The translations under genes were made by a program, and so were the position numbers. Of a stretch of DNA of 64,000 bases, positions 52,099-64,000 are shown one piece after another. This DNA comes from Ophelia neglecta. Taxonomy: Eukaryota. The stretch covers positions 36,332,001 to 36,396,000 of the forward strand of contig OZ260661.1 of the NCBI GenBank assembly GCA_965285935.1, in the 5' to 3' direction. The notes below the pieces were generated by a model. That model worked only from the letters and a program-made list of their open reading frames with translations. It did not search any database and was not told where the DNA came from. Every line of letters begins with the position of its first letter. The first letter of the stretch is position 1.

Positions 52099-53098
52099 GG
52101 GTCAGCATGTCTAACCACGTGACCGTAGTTGTTGCGCGTCACTGCATTGGCAAACTTCTCAAAATAGCTTGTATTGAAAACAACGATGTGTGACTAAGGA
52201 ACACACCAGCCAACCAACGATTCGCTAAATATTAGTAAAGTCTACAATTCGGCCGATGCTTAAGAAGTTACAGAAATACATCTTTGTGAAATGGAGCGTA
52301 ACGAGGGATGTGCAGACTAAAGTACCGACTTAGGGCGACTATCGGCCCGATTTTACACATGAAGAATGAATAGGGGGAAGGTTGCCAATTTATGTTTTCT
52401 TTTTTTTTCCAAAATAAAAAGTCTATCTTATTATGACAAATTGTCAAATTGTAGCCAGGCAGTTATTGGTTTGGCCTGAAAAAATTATTTTAGTTTTTTA
52501 TGGTTTTAGTCTTTTATTACCATCTATAAAATACGGACAGACTGGCCCAGATGTATTAGAAAGATTCATTTAAACTTATAGCCCCATGGTAGTTGGAGCT
52601 ATCTCCTTCCCAATAAGCAATCACCGATTAATTGATAATCCTATTTCTTCGTTAATAAGGCATACGCAATTTTATTGTTAGTAAGGAAGTAAGAAAAAAA
52701 CATGCAGCGGGAAATAGCCCTTCAAATCAATTGATTAAGAATTAGTCTTATTGCAATTGTCATTATTGTAATAATAGAATTAAAATAACATATTAAAACT
52801 ACTTAACATTTACACCATTAGCATAACTAAAAATGCTATGTTGTTATTACGTTATTAAGGTTATTTATTATAAAGTTATAAATTAATATAAATATGATTA
52901 TATTATAACAAAATCATAACTTATTTATTATATCATAGTTATAATAACGGTGGTCATAAGAAGTATGGCAATCTATTTTTAGCACACCCAAACAGCGACA
53001 GGGCCGAACGGACTGCTGTGAGTTTGCTAATTTCATTTTAAAAGCTTTGAAAGTTGTTCACACGGGTAGCCATTTTTGATTAGGCAGGTGTCACTGTA

Positions 53099-53277
53099 CA
53101 GAGAAACCTGCCTTAAATACCACTTCTATACTCAGACCATTTGTCAATTAAGACCAATAATATGTGTCGTGATCTTGTATACTTTAGGAGTAAAAATAAC
53201 CTGTCTTAACAGACCACCTCCATAATCAGACCAGTATTTTCAGTCCCTGGGATGGTCTCAATTCACAGGGTCCACTG
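53099..53277. mobile_element. Tc1/mariner-type MITE
   Basis: TA|cagagaaacctg ... cagggtccactg|TA, with internal gaccacct-type repeats; a partial inverted copy lies at about 46565-46670. Confidence 0.65.
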
Positions 53278-55649
53278 TATTTCATATATAGGCCTAGTCG
53301 GTTTGGCTTTTACCTTGCTTCCAGCCGCCTGTGTGACAGTCAAAATGGTTATTAAATCTTTCATGGCGCCTATTAAGCCTTATTATACACAAAGCTGGAA
53401 TAGGCCCTAATTCCATTAATCCTTGTTTGGACCAGTGGAATCTAAGGACTTATAGTCTTTACAAATCATCATTTGAATTGGTATTGTATGCCAAATGGAT
53501 TACTGTGTTTGAATACTGGCTAGTTCTGTCACGCGGCTTTACCTCAGCACTCATCTCCAAATATATAACTACCAGGCCTATATTCACTTTAAGCCTTAGA
53601 ATATATAAATTGTGCTATACTCGTGTCGAGGATGAGCAAATTGATTGATGGTTTACTAGTATTATTATTAATAATTGTTTTTACACATTGGATTAATATT
53701 ATATACCTTAGTATTAACAATGCACTTTCATGCGGAACCTATACAAACAAATAGGCGCCACTATTCCAAAAATAACTAAACTCATAGGCCCGTGTCTTCT
53801 TCCATTTTCATAAAGTATGGACTATACTTAATTCCCAAATTTAATATACCGGACTTGTGAGTAATATGCATTGCTAGAGACACACCCATTACAGACTTCA
53901 GAGAAAGAGACATTTAAGTCCTGGCATAAACTAAAGCCATACCTAGCAATACTCAAGGAAAGTTCCGAGGGGGGGGGAGGTCCTTAGATAAAGGTTTGTT
54001 TTCACAGAACAAACCGTAGAGAAATGTCGTTTTTCTGAAAAGGATGGATATTTGGTGATTTGACCATGCATGTACGCAACGGGAATTACCAAAATGCTCT
54101 CTTTTATGCAATAATGCCAAAACCGCCAGTGCTAATTGCAGCGTTGCTGATTTGGAAAAAATATAGGCCCTTAATATTTGCACTAATTAGGTGTAGGGTT
54201 TCGAGACCTGAGGCGGCAGACCTCCGTTCAGGTTTTGGGTCCATGCCTCCCTCAGGAACTATAAATATTGAGCAATTCAAAGGTACGCCATGGCAGATAT
54301 CAGCTTTGTCGTTGACTCCCCCCCCCCCTCCCCCCCCCCCCCCCACCGGGTGCTTATATAAGGGTATGAAGGTCCGGATGGAGGACAAACATTTGGAGAT
54401 AGTTAGGGCAGCCGAGGGCCTCTTAAATATTTATTCTACTTGGTACACTTACATTTAATTTCTAATCCTAGTTAGGACGTGTAAGTCTTTTTCGTTAAAT
54501 GTTACGATTAGTTTGTGCACGTGCAACAAATCATGCTAGCAGAATAACAACAGATATTTATAAATACTAATAATCCTGTCAAGGTAGAGTGCCTTGGTGA
54601 AGTATTGGCTTAGTAGTAATAGATAGTTGGGATGATTTGAGCCCTACTTAGGACACTGGGCAACAAATAGGGCGTTTGAGAAAAATTATGACCTTGGAGT
54701 TATGGGGCGTATCCCTTTATGACATATATAGATATTGGCTTTAACTGGGGGCGACAACCAAAATTCATCAACTTTTAAATTCGTTTTCAATACTATATTG
54801 AATTCATCTCGACAAGCCAAAAGATGGTAAATACTACAGACGTGATTAGTTGACAAGGTCATAGCTGACTTTTTACCGTGTTTGAAAAACCGTGAGAAAT
54901 ACAAATACGCACAAACCCGTCGGCCCCATAGAGGAAAGTTAGGTTATTTTTATAATAACAATGTTTGTAGAGTCTTATATACGTTGATGCAGTATAATAG
55001 ATAATAGATTCGGTATTAGTCTGCATTATCAAACCTTCTTTGTAAGCAGTTCTACCATCCGGTTCGATAAAAACTACCTGCTTATCATTCCAAAGAAGGC
55101 AAATAGGTTGCTTCCGGTGTGAATCTTTACATATCGGTGTCCCGCCCAAAAGTGTAATAATATGTAGGTCAGGTCAATAACAAGGTTGATTTTAATATAT
55201 AGACTACCCACAATATGCCGAGAGATGTAGCGTCACATAGAATTTACGATATAATGGTGGGCTACAAGCGTTTTGGACTGAAACAAACTGCTCCAACTGT
55301 TAGTGGCTACTAAATTTGAGACTTGTCCACTTACTAAATGTGTACCTGCCAAGTTCTCTTACTTATTTTTCTCACCTGCTGGAGAATTTGTACATGTATG
55401 AGCATCAGATGAGTGATCATATCAGACGAGCATCAAGCTTGCTAATTGTTTATTTTATGGTACTATAAAGCAGAAGTTCGAGCTGGTACCTGTCATACTG
55501 TATTGGTGAGGGAATTTCTGCATCTACCTTAGCAATATTTTCTTGCAATCTCTCAGAATCTCTCTTAAAAGAATCCTTCACTGGACCTGCTGCTTCGTTC
55601 CTGGTTACTAGGTTGTTTTGCCACACTAAAGATTCCATTTTCCTCGTCA

Positions 55650-56155
55650 TATTATAAATACCAGGTATATTTTTTCCATGTTTCTATCAATATCTTCTCT
55701 GTTAACACCACAATGCGATTCTCATACTCACCATTGATTATATGGAAATCACCAAACGTTTCTCCCACCTTAACATGGCATTATAAGTCCTCAATATTCG
55801 TATTGAGAGGCCTGTCAACTGTGCCGAAAATAACATTTCTACCTTTATTCTGTATCTCAACCAATACACTTTCTATATTGGGATTAGAGTTACAAAGATC
55901 CACACGGGAGTTGTATACAGTAGTTTTACGAATGAACAAAGATACCCCTCCCCGGGACCCCTCCGACAGTTTTAAACTCCCTCCACACGTATACATGGTT
56001 TAGCCATCAATATTGTAGTTCTCTAGAGTGAAACTTTTAACAAAGTTTCTGATAAACCCATTAAACCAAAGTTATGATTTAAGTTACCTAAGTAGTTGAG
56101 AAAATAATATAGGTTCTTTGGCAGCCTACAAATATTAGTATGAACCATGATGAGC
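55650..56155 (-). mobile_element. Degraded CR1-like LINE endonuclease fragment
   Basis: HTNICRLPKN...FGLMGLSETLLK and RGGVSLFIRK...IESVLVEI...IFGTVDRP resemble the APE domain N-terminus. Confidence 0.75.
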
Positions 56156-56629
56156 TTGGGTCCCTCACATTTTATCTGCAGGCCGACCTTAACCATAATG
56201 CAACAAGTTACCATTATGGTCCACCTAACCGTGTTAGATAAACTGTGGACTAGCTTACTATAGCTCGGCTATAAGTTGAATTTTTTTTAGACTATTAATA
56301 CATGTTCCTGAGTAGCTAATATTCATGATTCATGGGGGGGGGGGGGGGGTTAGGGGCCCGGGGTCCCGGTTCACAGTTTGAAAAGGGGGCAAAGCCCGAA
56401 TCACCTATTTTAAAATCTGGATTCTTCTTATCATAAAGGAGAAGCTATTTCTCACATCCCGATAATTAGAAGTAGTGAATCCCGATTCACGAGAAAAAAA
56501 AAACAGAACATTCCTAGGTCAGAGTAAATGAAAAACTTGACCCCGAACACCGGAGGAGTGTCAAATCCCAAGTCACGATAAATTAATACTTCAATTACCG
56601 GATCACAGTCATATCAAAAGGCCGATCAT

Positions 56630-57450
56630 TAGATTGGTTTAAAAGTTACCTAGGCGGCGGAAAAAATTGGGTGATTTTCAATGGAATTATTTCTGATACC
56701 TTGAATCCCGCATATTGATCCCTCAAGGGTCAGTTCTAGGACCTCTTTTATTATTATTTTATATTAATGATATTGCCAATGTCACTCTTTTCTAAATTTG
56801 GTCGCTGACGATTCCAATGCCTTCATAACTGGAAAAGATATAAATTTTATGACTAACCAACTGGATGAAGAAATATATATCCAGCTTAAGCTGACAGTTT
56901 GGCTTCAAGCCAACAAACTCGGTCTCCCAAACGAACTCCATCCAGACAACTATGTATTCAAAAGAAAATATGACCAATGAGGGCACTCTTTACATATGCC
57001 CTGCAAATATTTGTCTTTAAGACTATCCGTGGACTTGTCCCCAGTTTTATATCGATAATATTCTAACCCAATGCTAACATTAACTTTTATGGAACAAGAC
57101 AACCTCACAGCCTTCACATATCTACATTGATTTAAGTTGATATCATTGTAAATTTTTCTATGCATTACCCACAAAGCCCAATTATCAGATATTTAATCAA
57201 AACAATTTAATTACAATTGTTCAAATTATGTGTTTAAGAAAAGGCTGAAGGGTGAAATCTTATCTTTTGGAATCATCTGAATAGACATGTCTTTATCTCT
57301 TATCCCTTTATACTTACATATATGTAGATTCTACAGGCATATCCACATTGATCTCGTCACATATTAACCCATTACTATCATAAACCGAATTGCATTATTT
57401 CTCAGTATTATCACCATTACATTAAAACATACAAGAGCCTTATTGGTTCT
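56630..57450 (+). mobile_element. Degraded CR1-like LINE RT fragment
   Basis: DWFKSYL, PQGSVLGPLLLLFYINDI, VADDSNAF and WLQANKL motifs, interrupted by frameshifts. Confidence 0.8.
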
Positions 57451-58034
57451 ACATTATAAATAGGTTTACCAATTAATATGAAATGAGACGCAGTGTTATT
57501 GCATGTAAGGTTAATAATCGTTTAAATTAACATAGCCTAACAGTGTTATACAGAAAATAAACTCATCAACCTACTTCAAATACTGAGTACTGCTATAAGT
57601 TAATAGCCAAAGTTGGCCGCCAATTGAAATGAAATACTTTACCCGTTACATTGTCAAGTATGTGTATTTGTGAATTTATTATAATTCTGATTGGTTGACC
57701 ACACGGACTAGATGGCACACAGAATATCTTAATTATCTTCCTTGATGGCAAGTGTTTGGGCAACAAGGCTACCGTTACTTTTTATATTGATTTATTACCG
57801 ATAAATACCAGTGTAATACATAAAATGGGCACATTCGGTGAAAAATATATCAAAATAAGTAAAATGATATCGCGCGCCCTAATCACTTTTAAGCGTTGCT
57901 TATGACACTAGACTTATATATTTTTTAGGCTTTACAAATATTTGTGTATTTGTAGACACTATAATTTTTCTAATAATCAAGAAAGTCAAAATTTGGCGAT
58001 ACCATGTTTTGTTTTGTTGCATAGCTCTTCTTAA

Positions 58035-58761
58035 AGGCCGGATCCCACTGCCCAAAAGTCGCGTAAACGCATGAATCACGCACAAATTTCGAGTCTTACG
58101 CGATACATCCGCGATTTGTGCATTTCATCAGTTTTTCTGACGTGGAACCTCCGTAAATGTCCGTCGATGTTTGCCGGATCGGTGCTTTACGCGATTCCGT
58201 GTTTTGAACAGCTCAACACTCGGCTTCGCGTAAGAGTTTACGCAGTATTGCGCTGTTTAACGTTATTTTTGCGTAGTTTGCGTAGCTCTTACGCGGACAA
58301 TGCGCGAAATATGCGTGGAATATCAGTGATCGTTCGCAAAAATTTTGCCGCAATCGCGTTCTTCGACAAATTTCCAGTGACGATTAGCAGACATATGACG
58401 CATGTTTCGCGCTTGTAGGCTAACACGAACGTATATCACTGAAAATCACTGCATGGATAAAAAAAATTCAATCGCAGTTCAGTAGTGATAGTGCGCAGAT
58501 TATGCGTGGTTTTCCGTCGAGCTTTCGTTGCGCACAATCACGTATTCGCCCTGTTTGGGGCCTTTGCGTGCCTATGCGCTGACGTGCAGGGTTTGTTAGT
58601 GATTTGTGCGTGATCTTTCCGTAGATCTGGCGCAAGTCATAGGTGATATTTCTCGCTTACATCTCAGCGAAAATGGTCGAATTGTCGACGGACAAGCACG
58701 CACTTTTTTTTTTTGCGTGATTCATGCGTTTACGCGACTTTTGGGCAGTGTGATCCGGCCT
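58035..58761. mobile_element. Non-autonomous DNA transposon, PIF/Harbinger-like, CpG-rich
   Basis: About 48-bp terminal inverted repeats (aggccggatcccactgcccaaaagtcgcgtaaacgcatgaatcacgca / tgcgtgattcatgcgtttacgcgacttttgggcagtgtgatccggcct), flanked by TAA on both sides. Confidence 0.85.
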
Positions 58762-59881
58762 TAACAGTCGACACAGTGTTTTTAGTGGTAATATTTGTAT
58801 TTTAGTGGTAACATTTAATTTTTTCATTGAAAAGGAGTGTAAATGCACTGCATTAACATTAACTAGTAGCCTAGGCCTATCGTGGTCACTTAAATGTGAG
58901 AGACAAATGTTACAAGGTTCATGTTTTGTACAAGACTCGAGGTGGGGTTGGGTCTTCTTATTGTTTACCCAATCTAAAACTGTTAGCGGGAGGCATCTTA
59001 TGTATATAATATTATTGCCTTTTTAAGGTTTTTTAAAGGATATCCTGCGATCATTATTTGCAAATGTGCAAGGTATCTACATTTTGTTGATATTTTTAAG
59101 GGGGGGGTCATAATATCCACTTAGATGGGCTTCTTTAAAAGGAGGGCATCCAATTTTGGTGTTAAAAAGTTAGAAAGGATGAAGCCCGTCCCCAACCATA
59201 TACCGATTAATAATGAACGGTCTCTTATACTATTGGTATTACTTGTATGATAGGTTTTATCGGGTGCAGCATGCCTAATGCCCGTTTTCACGCAACTTCC
59301 ATCACTTTGACATTTAACTCAAAATATGACATCCGAAACCCACTTTTTATTGTACATCTTATTACTTATTTTCATCTAGGCTGCCAAAGTCTTGGGAAAA
59401 TAGCACGGCTTTCATTTGACACCAGGGAGTCACCGTAGGAAGGGTCGGCAATTAACTTCCAATGTGTAATAAAATATAGATGCATTTTTTTTTCAAAACA
59501 TATTTATAATGAAATCACTCCTGGTATTCAATTAAAACCAAATTGATTTGCCTACACAATCAACACGTTATTGTATTTGTTGATGAAATAGTCATTAAAA
59601 TAAGATAAATATCACACACATAAGATTTTCCATTTTGTAGTCCGGGGCCTAAATATCAATGAAGGACTAAAATGACTTGGACCAAAATTGTCCTACAACC
59701 GTAGTAGTACGGGCGGATTACGGACGCTTTGTGTCCCCGTCAGGCAGAGTCGCATACTATGCTACTTACCGTCCAGAACTCTTCAAAGATTTCGAAACGG
59801 AGTGAGCATTGTTGGTTCCTGTCGAAGCAAGCATGGTGGAAGAACCATAACAAGTTGGTTAATGTCAATAAAGAGCTTCGA

Positions 59882-62800
59882 ATGCTGTCTGCGAAGAGTT
59901 TCCGATCGTGCAAAACGATAATAACTCCAATACTGAACTGTAAGAAACCTCTCCATAAGCAAATACGATGTGTTCATAGTAAACTTGTGAAATATACACG
60001 GAACGACCGTACGGTTTATGTGGCCTCGCCTGCATTGGCTTCACCAGAATCGTCTGATCGAAAAGGTTGGGCAAAAATATTGTGCATTATTTCAAATACT
60101 TTGAATCAATATTTTTGGACTCCTGACACAATGGAGTTTTCAAAAAAGGATCTTTTGCCGCCCGCTGACGTCAGAGGCATGAAAACCTTGGATAAGAGTG
60201 CATTCAAAAGAATAGTGAAAATCCCATCATTGGTTGCCCCGGCCAAAAGCATTGGCTATCTGACCAAATACTGGAAGAAGTCCCTGCTCAAGATCCCAGG
60301 CGTGAAACCTGTTGCAGAACTAAGCGAAATAGAAGCTAAATGTAAACTTATACTACTTGATCCTAATAAGTATGGCAGTGTATCGAGCCTTTCGGAAGAG
60401 GACAGAGGAGAATTAACAAAAATGGGCGTAGACTTGCAGACATGGAAACTCTTCGATTTGGAACTATGCTATGAAAATTGGACGTACTCGGACATATTGC
60501 GTGCAGTTGTACCAGAATCAAGTGATGGCGTTGGAGGATTCAGCCAAATTGGGCATATAGTGCACCTGAACCTTAGGCAAGACCTGGCAGGCTACAAACA
60601 AATTATTGGTATGTTCTCCACCTGCGAGGGGGGTGGGGGGGGGGGGTAGGGAGGAGGGTCATTCTGTCCATAATACATTCTTGTAAGTTTAATCACTATA
60701 TGGAAGCAGATCCTGGCCATTTAACCGTGATACTTCACACTCTTATTGTAAATTATTGAATAAAAATGTGTATCTTATAAAGAACTCACCAAGCTTCTAT
60801 TTCTATGCAAACTAGAGGGGGGGGGGGGGTGATTTTAAATTTGTTTTTATACTGACCCTTTTTTTATGAAATTTTATTTTCATTGTTGCTATAATTAAAA
60901 CCAAATGCCAAACAATACTGCACTTCAATGTTTTGTTTCTGTACTAGCCGTGATCTACTCCTGTTAGCAATTAGTTGTAGAACTTGTAGTGGGGTACAGC
61001 CATTTTTCAATTTGTACCACATTATCCACATAGAAATGCATTAAAACATACTGAAACTGATTGTGCCTAATGAACCAAACTGAAATAAAATGCTCTCAAA
61101 GTGACCCAGGTTACTGTGGTTCGACATAACTCCGCAAGAATGAATGATTCCTGCCATAAAACTTGTTACCACGGTTACCTGGTCATGCTTTGCCAGGAAT
61201 GGCTTGACCCTAGGATGAGTAGGAAGAATGGATGGCTGCCTAAATTGGTAAAATAAATGGTCGGCATGACCTTACTGGCCAGTTGAATACAGTGAATGTC
61301 TCAGTTTAATGTCTCTAGTTAGTCTAGTAGTATTCTTTTTTCGTAGCTATAAACACAATTTTAACATTTATTACAGGTGAAATCCTTCTTGATAAAATAA
61401 AACAGGCCAAGACAGTTGTGAACAAGACTAATAATATAGATAGCACCTACAGAAATTTTTCCATGGAGGTATTGGCTGGAGAGCCAAACTTTATTACCAT
61501 ATCTAAGGAGGGTGGATTTGCATATGAATTTGACTTTTCAAAGGTCTATTGGAATCCAAGGCTAGGTGAAAAAATTTATAATATTAATCATTTTATACTG
61601 ACTCAAAACTATTAATTTTAATATTATAAAAATAAAGAATTCAATGTTTATAGAAAATTCAATGTTGGATTATTTGAAAGATAGATATTTACTTAGCAGA
61701 AATGATAGCTTTCATAACCATAACTGCCCGTAGGCATGTGAAACAAGTTCAAGTAACGGTATAGAAGAGAAAATATGCTGTATGGCCATTTGTATTGATT
61801 ATGGAAAAGCACGTTATGATTATAGATGAGAAATTGTTAAGTTATACCTTACATATTTCAGGGACAGAGCATGAGAGGATAGTGAATTTGCTCGAGGCCG
61901 GAGATGTGGTATATGATATGTTTGCCGGGGTCGGCCCATTTGCAATCCCAGCAGCAAAGAAAAAGTGTGTGGTGTTTGCAAATGACTTGAACCCTGAATC
62001 GTACAAGTGGCTCATTCACAACATCAAGCTAAACAAGGTAAAGAATAAACACATGTAGATAAAAAGCTGTTATTTCTAGTGTAAATTGCAGAGCTAACAA
62101 GAGGCAGATCAACTTACAAAATTAGGAATTACTGGAACGGTTAAAAAAATCCGTGCAGGTTTAAATTTGTGAATTTCACAAAAACTGATTGGTTGTGAAT
62201 TAAAGTTACAGATATGATATTGATATGTATACATTGGATTGGATTTCTTTTTATTTTATTTCTTACAATATCAAAGTGAACATGTGAAAAAATTAACAGT
62301 TACATGTAATTTGAGATATTTTAAAGTGAATTATTCATTACCTATTTATTTATTGCTCAATGCACCTCCTAAAAAGATTGTTTTTTCACAAATTCAGATT
62401 AAAATTGACATATCTGCCCATAACCTAGACGGTCGGGCCTTTGTACGTGAAGTGGTGAAGCCCGATCTAATCCAGAGACTTCAAGCAGAAGACTCCGACT
62501 TTTTCAGTCATATAGTCATGAATCTACCTGCTATGGCCATCGAGTTTCTGGATGTATTTTGTGGATTGTTACAAGAAATGGACCAGTCAATGATCAAATC
62601 TCTTGTGCTGCCTACAATTCACTGTCACTGCTTTAGTAGTGCGGAGGATAAAAAACTAGATGTGAAGACCAGGGTAGAGGCAGTAATTGGTGAAACACTG
62701 TCTGAAGGGAGTAATGTTAAATTAGTGCGTAATGTGGCCCCAAATAAGGACATGATGTGTGCTACTTTTAAATTGACCCAAAGTGTCTTATTTGGTGAAC

Positions 62801-62919
62801 CAAGAAAAAGTGAAGACTATACAAGTGAAAATCAAGGTACCAAGGACAATAAAAATGACTTGGAAAATGAACCGTCAGAGAAACGTAGGAAAACAGAGTG
62901 CAATGAAACCTCTCCTTGA
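59882..62919 (+). CDS. TRMT5: tRNA (guanine(37)-N1)-methyltransferase (Trm5/Met-10+ family), 4 coding exons
   Basis: Exons 59882-60608, 61377-61565, 61862-62037 and 62398-62919; all introns GT-AG, phases 1,1,0, and the joined frame is open. Trm5-type motifs: [74 protein letters not shown]-binding [43 protein letters not shown] at 62936-62941. The start is uncertain (in-frame ATGs at 59759, 59882, 60131). Confidence 0.95.
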
Positions 62920-63397
62920 TATTATTTTATTTCAAAATAAATTTAATGCACAACATTTAATGTCTGTCCGAGCTGAAGATCCTTGGGGGTGTTATTGCTT
63001 ATGGATAAAAAAATCAAACGATTTATGGTAAAAATAAAATGAGGAAAGCAGAATAAAAAAGGGGGGAGAGATCCAACATCCATTTTGTTCATGATTAACA
63101 ATTGAGTCCAGTAAATTTGATAAAACATGTACCTACTTTTGCTTTTAACATAATATGAACATATTGTAAACAAGGGGATTAAAAATGCAAGCGCCCCACC
63201 AATTAAAGGGAGAGTAACAATGTCTGTTGAAAAATCACTCTGGGCAGAGGCAAAGCCAGATTTGGTCCCAGAACCCCCCATCCCCAACCAAAGACCCGCA
63301 AAATATTTGATTTGCTCAAAACACTGGCAGTCACCAGTGCTTGTAAGAATAGCGAAAACAAGTGCTAAACCCTCCACCAAAATCCCGATCGCTGAAA

Positions 63398-63570
63398 ACC
63401 CAAGACGTAAAAATAGGTACTGATAGCTCCCCTGCCAGGCGCCCGGTATTTCGGGAATAGTATCAGGACTGGTCAACCCAGTGTCAGTATAATGTGACTA
63501 GGTGGGGTTCCCTGTCTGGTGTCTACAGCAGGTATTCCAGTAAGGAAGCACTCTAAAGAGGGCATTGAGC
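63398..63570 (+). mobile_element. SINE-like repeat, interrupted by a hAT-like element
   Basis: aagacgtaaaaataggtactgatagctcccctgccaggcgcccggtatttcggga is identical at about 37624-37678; the 3' part matches 362-540 on the minus strand. Confidence 0.75.
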
Positions 63571-63705
63571 CAGGGTTGGGGCGAGTACAGGGCTCATGTA
63601 CTCGAGTACGAGTACTTGCCAATCACAGGAGTACGAGTACAAGAAATCCTGGATGTACTCGAGTACGAGTAATTCTATGCGAGTACGAGTACCGAGTACT
63701 TTTAG
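63571..63705 (+). mobile_element. End of a hAT-like non-autonomous element with GAGTAC subterminal repeats
   Basis: Starts cagggttgggg, followed by many (c)gagtac units; the other end was not seen in the window. Confidence 0.5.
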
Positions 63706-64000
63706 AATTACTAGTCACAACAACAATACAGTCACACAGTCATATGATCTGCTCTCTAAACAGATCTTACTTAGCAGATCTTGTGATTTGCTCATATATT
63801 AGATTAAAGGGCAGTCAATAGAATTTGGCTTTGGCTAGAGATGTAATTAACAACTTCATTGTAAGATATACTCCAGTGTCAGCCAAATGTACTCACTTTG
63901 GACTAAATGGAGTAATTGCTAGTGCAGTCAACTCACTAAATGCAATTAAGTTTTCAAAGTGATCAACAGGATAGCACTCTACAAACATAATCCAGTGTCA

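Noticed and set aside
53314-53364. MKDLITILTVTQAAGSK|GTAAAA as another signal-peptide exon
   Set aside because: The hydrophobic core is short, the family motif is absent and no independent downstream exon was found.
62943-63476. 177-aa hydrophobic minus-strand ORF
   Set aside because: It starts inside a SINE, has no recognisable domain and runs antisense into the TRMT5 3' region.

Overview
AT-rich, repeat-rich eukaryotic genomic DNA with GT-AG introns, LINE/SINE/MITE debris and one N gap at 6057-6258. A marine invertebrate source is my inference from the repeat types; the taxon cannot be fixed. One conserved gene is recognisable: the 4-exon tRNA m1G37 methyltransferase TRMT5 (+, about 59882-62919). 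The main observation is a tandem minus-strand cluster of secreted-protein genes that I assembled by hand from splice sites: gene A (7 exons, 52004-45413, 283 aa, helical), gene B (3 exons, 36602-33485, 250 aa, 11 copies of a 14-aa Gly/Ser/acidic repeat) and a frameshifted paralogous first exon C (31832-31736). All three share a signal-peptide exon motif (MKV...Qxxx[KR]SxxKxE). A and B also share a phase-0 first intron, a phase-1 last intron and a final exon ending in a basic amphipathic helix, but their middles look unrelated. Between A and B is a 5'-truncated LINE (40241-43659) flanked by a near-identical direct repeat of about 950 bp, which looks like an exceptionally long target-site duplication. 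I recognised no rRNA, tRNA or CRISPR features. All models are by eye, with no database searches.
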